A model generated the notes under the pieces. The model was not told the origin of the DNA. It ran no database searches and was given only the letters and a program-made list of their open reading frames with translations. DNA of 64,000 bases from NCBI GenBank assembly GCA_005809105.1, contig SYLI01000018.1, positions 195-64,194 of the forward strand, given 5' to 3'. The position numbers and the translations under genes are program-made. This document shows positions 55,251 through 64,000 of this stretch, piece by piece. The DNA comes from Verrucomicrobiales bacterium (lineage in GTDB: Bacteria; Verrucomicrobiota; Verrucomicrobiia; Limisphaerales; UBA1100). Every line of letters begins with the position of its first letter. Position 1 is the stretch's first letter.

Positions 55251-56252
55251 ATGCCCGCCGACCCCAAGCTGGCGCACGTGGCGCGCGAGTTCGTCCACGG
55301 GGCGCCGCTCATCACCTGCCGGTTTGATCCCAAGGGGCGCTACCTTTTTGCCACAGGCGAGGACCGCGCCGTCATCCGCTGGGATCTGGCCAGCGGCGCC
55401 AAGACCGAGTGGAAGCCGCACGATTCCTGGGTGCGTGCTCTGGCCATCAGCCCCGACGGTCAGTTCCTGATCACGGCCGGCTGCGACGACATGCTGATGT
55501 GGTGGCCGGTTGCGGCGGAGAAGCCGCAAGCCACGCGCAGTGTCAAGGCGCACAACGGCTGGATTCGCGCGGTGGCGGTGAGCCCCGACGGCCAGTTGCT
55601 GGCGACCGGCGGCAACGACCGCATCGTCAAGCTCTGGAAACTGGCGGATGGCTCGCCCGTGCGCGAGATGCCCGGGCATGAGAAGGACATTTACAGCCTG
55701 CAGTTTCATCCCAGCGGAAAGGACCTGCTCTCGGCCGACCTCAAGGGCACCGTCCACCAGTGGGAAGTGGCGACGGGCAAGAAGGTGCGCAGCTTCGACG
55801 CCAAGGACCTCTACAGCTACAACGGCGGGCAGGGCGTGGACTTTGGCGGCGTGCGCAGCATGGCCATCGGGCCGGGGAAGGGGCATCTGGCGTGCGGCGG
55901 GCTTTACCAGGCCTCGAATCCGCTGGGGGCAGTGCACGAGCCCATCGTGCTGCGGTTCGACTGGGAGACGCAGAAGGTGTTAAAGAAGCACGTCTCGGCC
56001 GACATCAAGAACGGCGTCGTCTGGCGCACGGTGTTTCTGCCCGAGGGCGTGCTCGTGGGCTGCTCGGGCGGGGGTGCCGGCGGCGTACTGCTCTTCTGGG
56101 GCGAGAACGACGAGAAGCCCGCGCATCAGTTCAAGCTGCCGGACACGGCCCGCGAAATGGATTTGCACCCCGATGGCCTGCAACTGGCCACGGTGCACTA
56201 CAACAAGAAGCTCCTCATCACCCGGCTGACGGCGAAAGAGGCGAAGAAATAG
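55251..56252 (+). CDS. WD40 repeat protein
   Basis: Repeated H...V.A(L/V)A(I/V)SPDGQ.L(I/A)T(A/G)G.D..(L/V)..W units. Confidence 0.8.
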   Translation: MPADPKLAHVAREFVHGAPLITCRFDPKGRYLFATGEDRAVIRWDLASGAKTEWKPHDSWVRALAISPDGQFLITAGCDDMLMWWPVAAEKPQATRSVKAHNGWIRAVAVSPDGQLLATGGNDRIVKLWKLADGSPVREMPGHEKDIYSLQFHPSGKDLLSADLKGTVHQWEVATGKKVRSFDAKDLYSYNGGQGVDFGGVRSMAIGPGKGHLACGGLYQASNPLGAVHEPIVLRFDWETQKVLKKHVSADIKNGVVWRTVFLPEGVLVGCSGGGAGGVLLFWGENDEKPAHQFKLPDTAREMDLHPDGLQLATVHYNKKLLITRLTAKEAKK

Positions 56253-56259
56253 CCCAAGC

Positions 56260-57285
56260 CTATTCCAGATTGAACTGGGCCGGCTTGAGATTCTGCTTGG
56301 GCCAGTAGTCGGCGGGCTTGAAGCCAAACATGCTGGGCTCAAACCGCCCCACCGGTTCCACGGCCGCCTTGGCCGGCACGTCCAGCCCCACGCACCAGTA
56401 CGCTGCGTTGACCAGCAGCCGCCGCGTTCCCTCCCACTTCATGTCCACCGCCGCCCCGGTGGTGGTGGCGAAGCTGCGGCCCTTCTTCCCGCCGGGAACC
56501 TGGTACGACTTGGTCCAGGCCACGGGCATCATGGGATCGTTCTTCTTGCCCGCCACAGGCGGGTCGTCAAATTTCATCCCTGCCACGACCTGTCCCAGCA
56601 GCAGCGGCTTGCTGTCACCGGGCAGGGGCAGGCGCACGCCGTACACGTCCGAAAGCGCGAACACGTCGCCCTCGCCAATGCTCTTGAGCACCGGATGCTC
56701 CTTCGCCCCGGGCGCGAGGATGCCGCGCGCTGCTTCCCGGGCATGCGCGCCGTGGTGGTTGATCCATTGCTCGCCCAGCACCAGCCGTCCGAATCCATCG
56801 GCCCACTCTTTCTTCGGGCCCTTGTACCCGTTGCCGTAATGCGCCCACGGTTTGTTGCCGGCGATGTTGAAGGCGTGCGTGGCCGTGCGCAGGCCCATCA
56901 CCGGCCTGCCGGACTTCAGATACTCGTCAACGTGCGCCATCTGCTCGTCGGGCAGGTCGCGGAATCGCGTGGCGATCACCATGAGGTCGGCCGTGCGCAG
57001 GGCCGCCAGACCGGGGATGTTGCGGTTATTGTTGGGGTTGATCAATCCCGTGGCATCGTCGATCGCGAAGAGCACGGTGCATTTGAATCCATGCCGCACC
57101 GAAAGAATCTTGCCCAGTTGAGGGAGCGCCTCCTCCGACCGGTATTCCTCATCGCCCGAAATCAGGACCACATGCTTGCCAGCACCCGGCCCACCCTTGC
57201 CTTCGTACACCACCCACGGGTCGGCGGCACGGGCGGCGAAACCAAGGCCTAGAAACAGGGTCGTGGAAATGAGGAGACGTTTCAT
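56260..57285 (-). CDS. ThuA-domain protein, secreted
   Basis: Signal peptide. HVVLISGDEEYRSEE ... PVAWT pattern of ThuA-like class I glutamine-amidotransferase-fold proteins. Confidence 0.7.
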   Translation of the reverse strand: MKRLLISTTLFLGLGFAARAADPWVVYEGKGGPGAGKHVVLISGDEEYRSEEALPQLGKILSVRHGFKCTVLFAIDDATGLINPNNNRNIPGLAALRTADLMVIATRFRDLPDEQMAHVDEYLKSGRPVMGLRTATHAFNIAGNKPWAHYGNGYKGPKKEWADGFGRLVLGEQWINHHGAHAREAARGILAPGAKEHPVLKSIGEGDVFALSDVYGVRLPLPGDSKPLLLGQVVAGMKFDDPPVAGKKNDPMMPVAWTKSYQVPGGKKGRSFATTTGAAVDMKWEGTRRLLVNAAYWCVGLDVPAKAAVEPVGRFEPSMFGFKPADYWPKQNLKPAQFNLE

Positions 57286-57369
57286 GTTGCAAGACTTGTT
57301 GGCGCGGAGGTTGATGCGGGAATCTTAGTGGGAACCTCAGCCGATGCAAACCATGAATGAGGCTGCCGC

Positions 57370-57885
57370 GTGAAGACCCTAGTCCTGGTGCGCCATGCCA
57401 AGTCCAGCTGGGCCGACGGGGCGCAGGACGACCACGACCGGCCGCTGAACGAACGCGGTTTGCGCGATGCCCCGCGCATGGCGAAGCGACTGGCGGCACG
57501 CCCGCCTCACCCCGACGCCATCGTTTCCAGCACCGCGCGCCGCGCGCGCGACACGGCGGCCGCCTTCGCCGCCGCGCTGGGAGCGGGCCCTGCGGCCTTC
57601 CGTCTGGAAGCGGCGCTCTACCACGCCGCGCCGCAGGAGGCGCTGGCCCTCATCGCCGGTTTTCCCGATTCATGGGAGAGCGCGGTGTGCGTGGGCCACA
57701 ATCCCGGCCTCACAGCGCTGGCTGCCGGGGTGTTTGGCGCGCCTGTTGAACACATGCCCACGGGCAGCGTGGTGCGCCTTTGGTTCGACACGCGATGCTG
57801 GAGCCAGGTGCCGCACTCGCGGCCGCTTCGCGGCGACTTTGATTGGCCCAAGAATGAGAGCACGGATCCGCGTCCGTGGCCGTGA
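57370..57885 (+). CDS. Histidine phosphatase family protein (SixA-like)
   Basis: GTG start. LVLVRHAKSSW (RHA catalytic motif), RPLNERG, and a later VGHNPG block. Confidence 0.75.
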   Translation: MKTLVLVRHAKSSWADGAQDDHDRPLNERGLRDAPRMAKRLAARPPHPDAIVSSTARRARDTAAAFAAALGAGPAAFRLEAALYHAAPQEALALIAGFPDSWESAVCVGHNPGLTALAAGVFGAPVEHMPTGSVVRLWFDTRCWSQVPHSRPLRGDFDWPKNESTDPRPWP

Positions 57886-57913
57886 TGACGACGCGCGGAT
57901 GCGAAAGAGGAAG

Positions 57914-59272
57914 CTAGGGCAGCTGCAGGGGGATGCGGCCGGGCCTGGGGAACGGATTGGCCCCCGCCTTCGTGGGATCGAGCATCACCTCGAGCCTCTG
58001 ATGCACCATGTCCATGCCGCGATGCAGAAACTGGTCGGCCGTCTTGGCGCGCATCTCCTTGAGCAGCGACTGGCGGTTGCGCACCGCGTCGGCAGGCAGG
58101 CTCTCGCCCGCGGCCAGCGACATCATGGGCTGCCACATGCCGCCGTACTTGGTCAGGCCAAACTCCTTGCTTTCATTGGAACTCTTGATGCCCTCTTCCA
58201 TCACCTCGCGGAAAATTTCGTCGGACTGCGCGTTCATTCCCACGTATTTGAGCGTGGCATCGCGCAGGATGATGCGGTCGCCCGGATTGGTGATGGCCGG
58301 GTTGCGATAGGCTTGGATGAGCAGCGGCATGGCCCGCTCGCCCAGGGTTTCATTGATGAAACGCAGCGCGGCGCCGTCGAGCCGGCCCTCCTTGCTGACC
58401 AGGATGCGCTTGGCGAATTCCAGCAGGGCCGGGTCCTTGTGTTTCTGGAGGAAGGCGAAAAGCAACCGGCGCGAGGTGTCGTCCAGCGGCTCCTTGGCCA
58501 GCTCGCGCGCGGCGTTGAGCAGCCGCTCCTTGTGCGCCCCGGGACGCAGCGCTTCGAGCATTTGTGCCAGATGAACCACCTCGATGCCGCGACCGGTGCG
58601 GTCTAGTTCGGCGAGCAGGATGGCCTCGGCGGCGTCTCCGCCGATGTCGCGCAGCGCCTCAAAGAGACCCAGCCGCAGCGACGGCGGCAGGACGGTCTTG
58701 AAATCGGGCAGGTGATATGCGCCGTAGTCGCGCAGGGAACTCAAGTCCACGTTCTCGCCGACGTTGAGAAACCGGCGCGCGTCCCCCTGCTGCTGCTGCC
58801 AGTCGCCCGCCTTCTGGTATTCAATGTCCTGATCCTCTTTTAGAAATGCCTCGATGTCGGGCAGCGCGACCGCGCCCATCTGGGTCAGGCTGGCGAAAAG
58901 GTGGATCACCTGCCGCTGCTCACGGATTCGGTCAGCACCGGAGGGGTCCACCTTCTTGAGTTTTTCCAGCACCGTCTTGGGCACCGGGCGATGGGTTTCG
59001 AGGGTGGTTTGAGCGGCGGCCAGTTGGGTGCGCAGGCGTTCGGCCTCCTGCTCCCTCTGCGTGGCCTCCGTCGTGGCGGCCGCCAGGCGCTTCAAGTCGG
59101 CGGCGTGCTGTTGATCCTTCGACTGGGACTGCTCTCGCGCGGCAGCCTCGTGCGAGGTCGTCAGCTGGCGCGCCACGGCGTCCTGGCGTTTCGATTGCAC
59201 CGTCCAGACAAGGAGGCCGGTGGTGGCGGCGCCCAAGAGCGCGGCGATGATGAGGGTCAGGAATTGTTTCAT
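57914..59272 (-). CDS. Membrane-anchored coiled-coil/helical-repeat protein (hypothetical), paralog A
   Basis: Start at ATG 59272 (MKQFLTLIIAALLGAATTGLLVW TM anchor). Gln/Ala/Arg-rich coiled coil followed by a ~330-aa helical repeat region. Clear similarity to 59280..60590. Confidence 0.55.
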   Translation of the reverse strand: MKQFLTLIIAALLGAATTGLLVWTVQSKRQDAVARQLTTSHEAAAREQSQSKDQQHAADLKRLAAATTEATQREQEAERLRTQLAAAQTTLETHRPVPKTVLEKLKKVDPSGADRIREQRQVIHLFASLTQMGAVALPDIEAFLKEDQDIEYQKAGDWQQQQGDARRFLNVGENVDLSSLRDYGAYHLPDFKTVLPPSLRLGLFEALRDIGGDAAEAILLAELDRTGRGIEVVHLAQMLEALRPGAHKERLLNAARELAKEPLDDTSRRLLFAFLQKHKDPALLEFAKRILVSKEGRLDGAALRFINETLGERAMPLLIQAYRNPAITNPGDRIILRDATLKYVGMNAQSDEIFREVMEEGIKSSNESKEFGLTKYGGMWQPMMSLAAGESLPADAVRNRQSLLKEMRAKTADQFLHRGMDMVHQRLEVMLDPTKAGANPFPRPGRIPLQLP

Positions 59273-59279
59273 GGCAGGG

Positions 59280-60590
59280 TCAGTTGGGGGGCGTGGCGGC
59301 CTTCCCCCGTTTTTCCTCAAGCTCGGCCATGCGCCGGTCCATGGCCGTCAATCCGAACTGCAGCAGCAGATCCGAGGATTCCTTTCGCACCTCGCCCAGC
59401 AGTTTGCGCCGGGCCTTGATCAGCTCCGCGGGTTGGTCCTCCAGATCGCGCGCCAGGCTGCCAATGGGCTGGAAGAGATTTTCGTAGCGCTTGAAGTCCA
59501 TCAAATCCTTGCCCTTCATGTCGCGCACGCCTTCGCGCACCATCTCACGGAACATTTCATCGGCGTGCTCGTTGATGCCGATGTAGCGTAGCGCGGCATC
59601 ACGGATGGCTGCCTTCTCCATCGGGTCGGTGACGCGCGGATCCTTGTAGGCCGCCAGCAGCGTGGGCATGGCACCTTCGCCCAGCACCTGCCGCAGATAG
59701 GCCAGCGCGTAGCCGTCGAGTTTGCCGGAGGCGCTGATGAGAATCCGCTTGGCCGTCTCCACGAAAACGAGGTCTTGGTACTTGATCAGAATGGCGTAGA
59801 GATAGCCGGCCGAGCGCTGGTCAAGCGCGCTGGCATCCTCGGCGGGTGGCGGGTTGGCGAGGATTTCGCGTGTCGCCTTGAGAATGTCGTCGCGGTGCCG
59901 CCCCGGGGAAAGTTCTTCTAGCAAGAGATCGAGGTACGCCACCTCCACACCGCGCGCCGTTTGGGCCAGTACTTCGCTCAGAATGGTATCCGCCTCAGGG
60001 CCGCCGATGTGGGCCACCACTTCCAAGAGGCCCAACCTCAGCGTGGGAGGGAACTGATTCTCAGGCTTGGGCAGGGGTTGAAAGTAGTTCCCGAAGGCGC
60101 CCGTGCGCATCTGGCGCCGGCGCATCTCCTCCTCATTGCGGGGCGGCGGTTCGGGGGCCGGTGGAGGGAGGTATTCGAGGTCGGCCGCCAGCGAGAGGAA
60201 TTGCTGGATGGCCGGCAGGGCGGCCGGCCCCAGATCCACCAGCGATTCCAGCCCGTGCACCGCGCGGCGCTTGGTGCGGCGGTCGGCGGGGTCAAGTTTC
60301 TGAAGCTGTTCGAGAATCTGCGCGGGCGTCGGCCGTGGGGTGGGTTGCAGAGCGGCGTCGCTGGAGTTGGTGGCCGCAGCGTCCGGGCGTTGCGCGTCGG
60401 CCAGTTTGCGCGCCAGTTCGCTCGACCGCTCCTGTCCCGCGCGCCGTTGCTGCGCCAGTTGCTCGCCAAAGGCCGCCTCCTGTTGCCGCAGTGCGGCTCC
60501 CTGCCTTCGCGTGAGACTGTCACGCACCATCAAGCCGCAGGCCAGCGCACCCAGCACCGCCGCCATGAGGAGGTAGAGCAGGCGCTTCAT
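59280..60590 (-). CDS. Membrane-anchored coiled-coil/helical-repeat protein (hypothetical), paralog B
   Basis: MKRLLYLLMAAVLGALACGLMV anchor and the same architecture as paralog A (for example LEVVAHIGGPEADTILSEVL vs FEALRDIGGDAAEAILLAEL). ATGA overlap with the upstream gene. Confidence 0.55.
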   Translation of the reverse strand: MKRLLYLLMAAVLGALACGLMVRDSLTRRQGAALRQQEAAFGEQLAQQRRAGQERSSELARKLADAQRPDAAATNSSDAALQPTPRPTPAQILEQLQKLDPADRRTKRRAVHGLESLVDLGPAALPAIQQFLSLAADLEYLPPPAPEPPPRNEEEMRRRQMRTGAFGNYFQPLPKPENQFPPTLRLGLLEVVAHIGGPEADTILSEVLAQTARGVEVAYLDLLLEELSPGRHRDDILKATREILANPPPAEDASALDQRSAGYLYAILIKYQDLVFVETAKRILISASGKLDGYALAYLRQVLGEGAMPTLLAAYKDPRVTDPMEKAAIRDAALRYIGINEHADEMFREMVREGVRDMKGKDLMDFKRYENLFQPIGSLARDLEDQPAELIKARRKLLGEVRKESSDLLLQFGLTAMDRRMAELEEKRGKAATPPN

Positions 60591-62128
60591 GGGGCCGAGG
60601 GTGGCGGATTGCCTGGGGTAAGCCAGCGGTTTCGGCCGGCCTCAAGCTCGCTGCCATCGAGCACGCCGTCGCGGTTGGAATCCAGCCGGGCGAAGAGCGG
60701 CGTCAGCCAACCGGGTGCTTCGTCCCGCGCCAGTTTGCCGTCGCGATTCCGGTCATTGGCACGAAGCAGGCCGGCGACCAACTGTCCTCCGCCCCCGGCA
60801 GCGGCACGCGTCGCGCTGCTCTTTAACACCTGCCGTGCATGATCCTGCTGCGACTTCTCTAATGTGGCCTGGTCATCGCGGTCCTTGACCTTCACCATGA
60901 GGGTGATAGCGCCCATCTCATCCTCCGATTGCGGCCCCCAACGCACCCGGCGCGGAGGGTGGCTGGGATTGCGCGGGTTGGCAGCCGAGTTATCCCAAGT
61001 GAGCTTCACCGAGAGGCGCGTGCCTTGGGGCAGCGAAACAAATTTCTGGAAGTCGTACTGCTCCTGCCATGAGAAGTCCCAGTGGTCGATGCCGACAAGT
61101 TTCCTGACCGTGCCATCGGGCAGCGTGGCGGTCATTTCCAGCGTGCGACCGATGTAGTGCATGTGACCGCTGATGCCAAAAGCCTCCACGGCGACGGGCA
61201 TCTCAAACGTGTCGGTGACGGTGTATTTGTCGGCGCCGGCGGGGATGTCCACGGCGGAGAGAGCGCCAAACGCCGGAGGCAGCTGCAGGGCGGTGAACAC
61301 CGACCGGGGAGCTTCCTTGGCGAAGTAGATGCCGACGGTCGACTGTTCGGACTCCGCTTTGCCCGTCGGGTGGAAATGGGTGGAGAGCACCAGGTCCGAT
61401 CCGCGCGGCACGCGATACGCCATGCCCTCGGGAAGCGTTCGCGGTGTCGCGCCGACCGCCCAGCCCCCAAGGGGGCCGACGCCGTTCTGATTGCGCAGCA
61501 TGCCGCGAAATCCAATCTGCCCTGCGACCCCATCCATGCCCTTGGCCATGCCCGTGCTGTCATAATAAAAAAGCGAGTGATGCACCACGCGGGGCGCGCT
61601 GGGGCGAAATTCGATGGCCTTCACCCAGCGATCCTCCGCCAGATTTAGTGGCAGGGTGAAGAGCCGATACTGGTCGCGGCCCTCGGCGGGGATCGCGTGC
61701 GGCTTTCTCATCTTGACGACGAGATCGGGCTGGCCCAGCTGCCAACCCGCGGTGAACCGGGGCAGGGGCGGCAGTTTGGTCGCGTCGCCTTCGGCCATGC
61801 CCTCGCGAACCCACTTTGCCAGTAGTTCAATCTGCGCTGGATTCAGGCGCCGGTCATTCTCAAAGGCAAAGTCGCCGGAGGTGGCGTGCCAAGGGGGCAT
61901 CTGGCGCGAGGCCGTGACCTTGGCGATCTGCTCGCCGCGCTTGGCGATGTCGCGATAGTTTTCCAAGGTGAAGGGGGCGGCCTCGCCCGCGCGGTGGCAG
62001 CCGCTGCAACTCTTGAAAATGATGGGCGCGATGTGCTCGCTAAAGGTCACGGGGGCGGCACCCAAAACGGGGACTGCTGCGCCAAATGCGGCAAGAACTA
62101 AGCAAAGGCTTCGGAGTAGGCGATTCAT
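60587..62128 (-). CDS. Secreted cytochrome c-like (CxxCH) + copper type II ascorbate-dependent monooxygenase-like + EF-hand protein
   Basis: Signal peptide. IAPIIFKSCSGCH (planctomycete-type cytochrome c motif). VVHHSLFY, HFHPTG and GHMHYIGR...M (PHM/DBH-like CuH/CuM ligand pattern). C-terminal DRNRDGKLARDE and DSNRDGVLDGSE EF-hand loops. Confidence 0.7.
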   Translation of the reverse strand: MNRLLRSLCLVLAAFGAAVPVLGAAPVTFSEHIAPIIFKSCSGCHRAGEAAPFTLENYRDIAKRGEQIAKVTASRQMPPWHATSGDFAFENDRRLNPAQIELLAKWVREGMAEGDATKLPPLPRFTAGWQLGQPDLVVKMRKPHAIPAEGRDQYRLFTLPLNLAEDRWVKAIEFRPSAPRVVHHSLFYYDSTGMAKGMDGVAGQIGFRGMLRNQNGVGPLGGWAVGATPRTLPEGMAYRVPRGSDLVLSTHFHPTGKAESEQSTVGIYFAKEAPRSVFTALQLPPAFGALSAVDIPAGADKYTVTDTFEMPVAVEAFGISGHMHYIGRTLEMTATLPDGTVRKLVGIDHWDFSWQEQYDFQKFVSLPQGTRLSVKLTWDNSAANPRNPSHPPRRVRWGPQSEDEMGAITLMVKVKDRDDQATLEKSQQDHARQVLKSSATRAAAGGGGQLVAGLLRANDRNRDGKLARDEAPGWLTPLFARLDSNRDGVLDGSELEAGRNRWLTPGNPPPSAP

Positions 62129-62134
62129 CTTGGG

Positions 62135-62746
62135 CTATGGATTGGGCAACGGCACGATGGGACATCCGACGGCCGCGGGCCAGGGGCGGTCGTGCGCCCG
62201 ATTGGCAAGCACGGCCTGCAATGCTTGCCTCAGGTCGTGGCGGGTGACGGTCGTGCGCGGTTTGTCGAGCGCTTCGTAGAGGTTGTTAATCCGGCCGCGA
62301 TACACAACGTGTCCCGCAGCGGTGACCACCACAGCTTCGGGAGCGGTGGCGGCACCGGTGGCGTGAACCAGCGTGTGCGTCCGGTCGTGAAAGGCGCGCA
62401 GCGCGCCCAAGCCAAATTCCGCGCCGTGCAGGCGCAGGTCTTCCGGCAGTGCGTCGGGGTCGGGGTACACCACAATGCAGCGGACACCCTTGGGCGCGAA
62501 ATCCCGGGCGATGCGTCCCATCTCAGGCGCGAGCCGGTTGGACACCGGGCAGTCGTGCGCGAGAAAAAACAACACGGTTGCGTTGGAGTCCTTTCCTCCG
62601 AAGGGGCGAACCACCTTTCCCGATAGGTCCGTGGCCTCGATGCGCAGGTCAACGTCGCGGGGTGTGGGCTCGGCGGCGGGAGATGCCCCACGGATCGACA
62701 GGCAGAGCATCAATACAAGGCGCAACATTTTCGGGACGGCCACCAT
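62135..62746 (-). CDS. Thioredoxin-fold redoxin-like protein with a monothiol CPVS motif
   Basis: Signal peptide. LFFLAHDCPVSNR at the position of the CxxC motif. C-terminal VGCPIV. The start is ATG 62746 or 62728. Ends 6 nt upstream of the monooxygenase-like gene. Confidence 0.6.
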   Translation of the reverse strand: MVAVPKMLRLVLMLCLSIRGASPAAEPTPRDVDLRIEATDLSGKVVRPFGGKDSNATVLFFLAHDCPVSNRLAPEMGRIARDFAPKGVRCIVVYPDPDALPEDLRLHGAEFGLGALRAFHDRTHTLVHATGAATAPEAVVVTAAGHVVYRGRINNLYEALDKPRTTVTRHDLRQALQAVLANRAHDRPWPAAVGCPIVPLPNP

Positions 62747-62819
62747 GATACCATACGGGCGAATGCTTCGCCAAGTTACACCAGCCGCACGCGGACTTTT
62801 CCACCGTAGGGAAGCGGCC

Positions 62820-63839
62820 CTAGCGCGGTTTGCGTCCGATGAGCGTTTCGGCAATCTGCACAGCATTAAGCGCAGCACCTTTGAGCAGCTGGTCGCCCGC
62901 CACCCAGAAGCAAAGGCCATTCTTCATCGCGCAATCCAGTCGCAACCGGCCCACGGCGCAGTGGTCGCGCCCCGCCACGGCAAGCGGCATGGGGTACTCA
63001 TTGCGGGAGGGGTCGTCCACCACGTCCAGCCCGGGTGCCGCTTGGAGCGCGCGTCGTGCCGCCGCCACGGAAACCGGCTTGCGAAACTGGGCGCTGACCG
63101 CCACCGAATGGGCGCGGTACACCGGCACGCGAACGCAGGTGATGCTGGCACGAAGGCCGGGGTGATGCATGATCTTGCGCCCCTCGTTTTGCAGCTTCAT
63201 CTCCTCGCGCGTATAGCCGTCGGGCAGGAAACTGTCGACGTGCGGCAGCACGTTGAAGGCGATCTGGTGCGGGTACACCTCGCGCGTGACGGGCTTGCGT
63301 GCGGCGACTTGCCCCACCTGCCGATCGAGTTCGGCGATGGCCTGGGCACCGGTGCCGGAGACGGCCTGATAGCTGGAGGCAAACACGTGCGTGACACCGA
63401 AGGCGCGGTGCAGCGGATAGAGCGCCATGAGCGTGATGGCCGTGGTGCAGTTGGGGTTCGCGATGATGCCGCGGTGGCGGTGCGCGTCGGCGGCGTTGAT
63501 TTCCGGCACCACCAGCGGCACCTCGGGGTCCAAGCGAAAGGCGCTGGAGTTGTCCACCACCACGCAGCCGGCCTTCACTGCCATTGGGGCAAACTCGCGC
63601 GAGATGTCGCCGCCGGCGCTGAAGAGTGCAAAGTCCACTCCCACGAAGGAGGCGGGGGTAAGCTCGCGCACCGTGACGCTGCGTCCGCCGAAGCGCACGC
63701 GTTTTCCCGCCGACCGACGGGAAGCCAGCGGCAAGAGCGTTCCCACCGGAAAGCGCCGCTCCTCGAGCACGCGCACCATCTCACTGCCGACCGCGCCAGT
63801 GACGCCCACGACCGCCACGGTGTACTTGGTTTTTTTCAT
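62820..63839 (-). CDS. asd: Aspartate-semialdehyde dehydrogenase
   Basis: VAVVGVTGAVG NAD(P) motif, NPNCTT active-site Cys block, SGAG and VPV...H motifs. Start at ATG 63839; the ORF extends to 63998. Confidence 0.9.
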   Translation of the reverse strand: MKKTKYTVAVVGVTGAVGSEMVRVLEERRFPVGTLLPLASRRSAGKRVRFGGRSVTVRELTPASFVGVDFALFSAGGDISREFAPMAVKAGCVVVDNSSAFRLDPEVPLVVPEINAADAHRHRGIIANPNCTTAITLMALYPLHRAFGVTHVFASSYQAVSGTGAQAIAELDRQVGQVAARKPVTREVYPHQIAFNVLPHVDSFLPDGYTREEMKLQNEGRKIMHHPGLRASITCVRVPVYRAHSVAVSAQFRKPVSVAAARRALQAAPGLDVVDDPSRNEYPMPLAVAGRDHCAVGRLRLDCAMKNGLCFWVAGDQLLKGAALNAVQIAETLIGRKPR

Positions 63840-63930
63840 CAAAGGGCCGCGGATGATAGCGGATGTTTTTGGGGTGTCAAATACATGAAATGACTGGCGA
63901 GAGGCCCGCCGCCGTGGTCTTCTCTCCGGC

Positions 63931-64000
63931 ATGGAGGTGAACGCGTGCATTCGTGCCGCGCGACGGGAGGACGTGCCGGGCATCCTCGCGGTGTACAACC
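63931..64000 (+). CDS. Probable GNAT N-acetyltransferase, 3'-truncated by the window end
   Basis: ATG 63931. MEVNACIRAARREDVPGILAVYN resembles the N-terminus of PAT/GNAT acetyltransferases. Only 23 codons are visible. Confidence 0.3.
   Translation, partial: MEVNACIRAARREDVPGILAVYN

Noticed and set aside
62758-62772. The GGCGAA-TGC-TTCGCC hairpin between asd and the redoxin gene as an intrinsic terminator. It has the same TGC triloop as the hairpins at 7812, 8782 and 8795.
   Set aside because: There is no T-run on the transcribed (minus) strand, and a 6-bp stem is short. It may still be a structural or REP-like element, but I cannot support a terminator call.

Overview
This is a 64 kb bacterial chromosomal segment with high G+C. 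Lines I counted by hand were about 68% G+C, against about 42-45% in two small islets. The gene content points to the PVC superphylum, most likely Verrucomicrobiota: a DUF1549/DUF1553 + DUF1501 pair, a giant PVC-type CxxCH protein, ThuA domains, a PA14-cytochrome c and Sel1 repeats. I call about 50 CDS. I saw no rRNA, tRNA, CRISPR array, transposase or integrase. The main blocks, in order: (1) a minus-strand catabolic cluster, 0.9-7.4 kb (ceramidase-like, SDR, dimethylformamidase-like, MFS, enolase-superfamily). (2) A hydrolase and a low-G+C mini-islet, 7.8-9.6 kb, punctuated by three copies of a hairpin+GCAATCA motif and a 42-bp tandem repeat. (3) A 12-gene, translationally coupled respiratory unit, 10978-22505. 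It consists of Alternative Complex III (actABCDEF), a small membrane protein, and a cbb3-like module. In that module the CcoN homologue appears to have lost nearly all haem/CuB ligands, and the CcoO homologue carries a large insertion. This is my top candidate for an undescribed system. (4) A czcCBA-type metal efflux operon with a small Cys/His-rich pre-protein. (5) dprA. (6) A ThuA/propeller/HEAT/cytochrome c giant protein with propeller and PA14-cytochrome partners. (7) A coupled Sel1 + MORN lipoprotein pair. (8) Housekeeping genes (DAHP synthase, class V aminotransferase, asd). (9) DUF1611 + dipeptide epimerase + GGT. (10) DUF1549/1553 (with a long coiled-coil insertion) + DUF1501 + WD40. 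(11) A four-gene operon: monothiol redoxin, cytochrome c/Cu-monooxygenase-like/EF-hand protein, and two paralogous membrane-anchored coiled-coil/helical-repeat proteins. All family calls come from motif recognition by eye, not from database searches.
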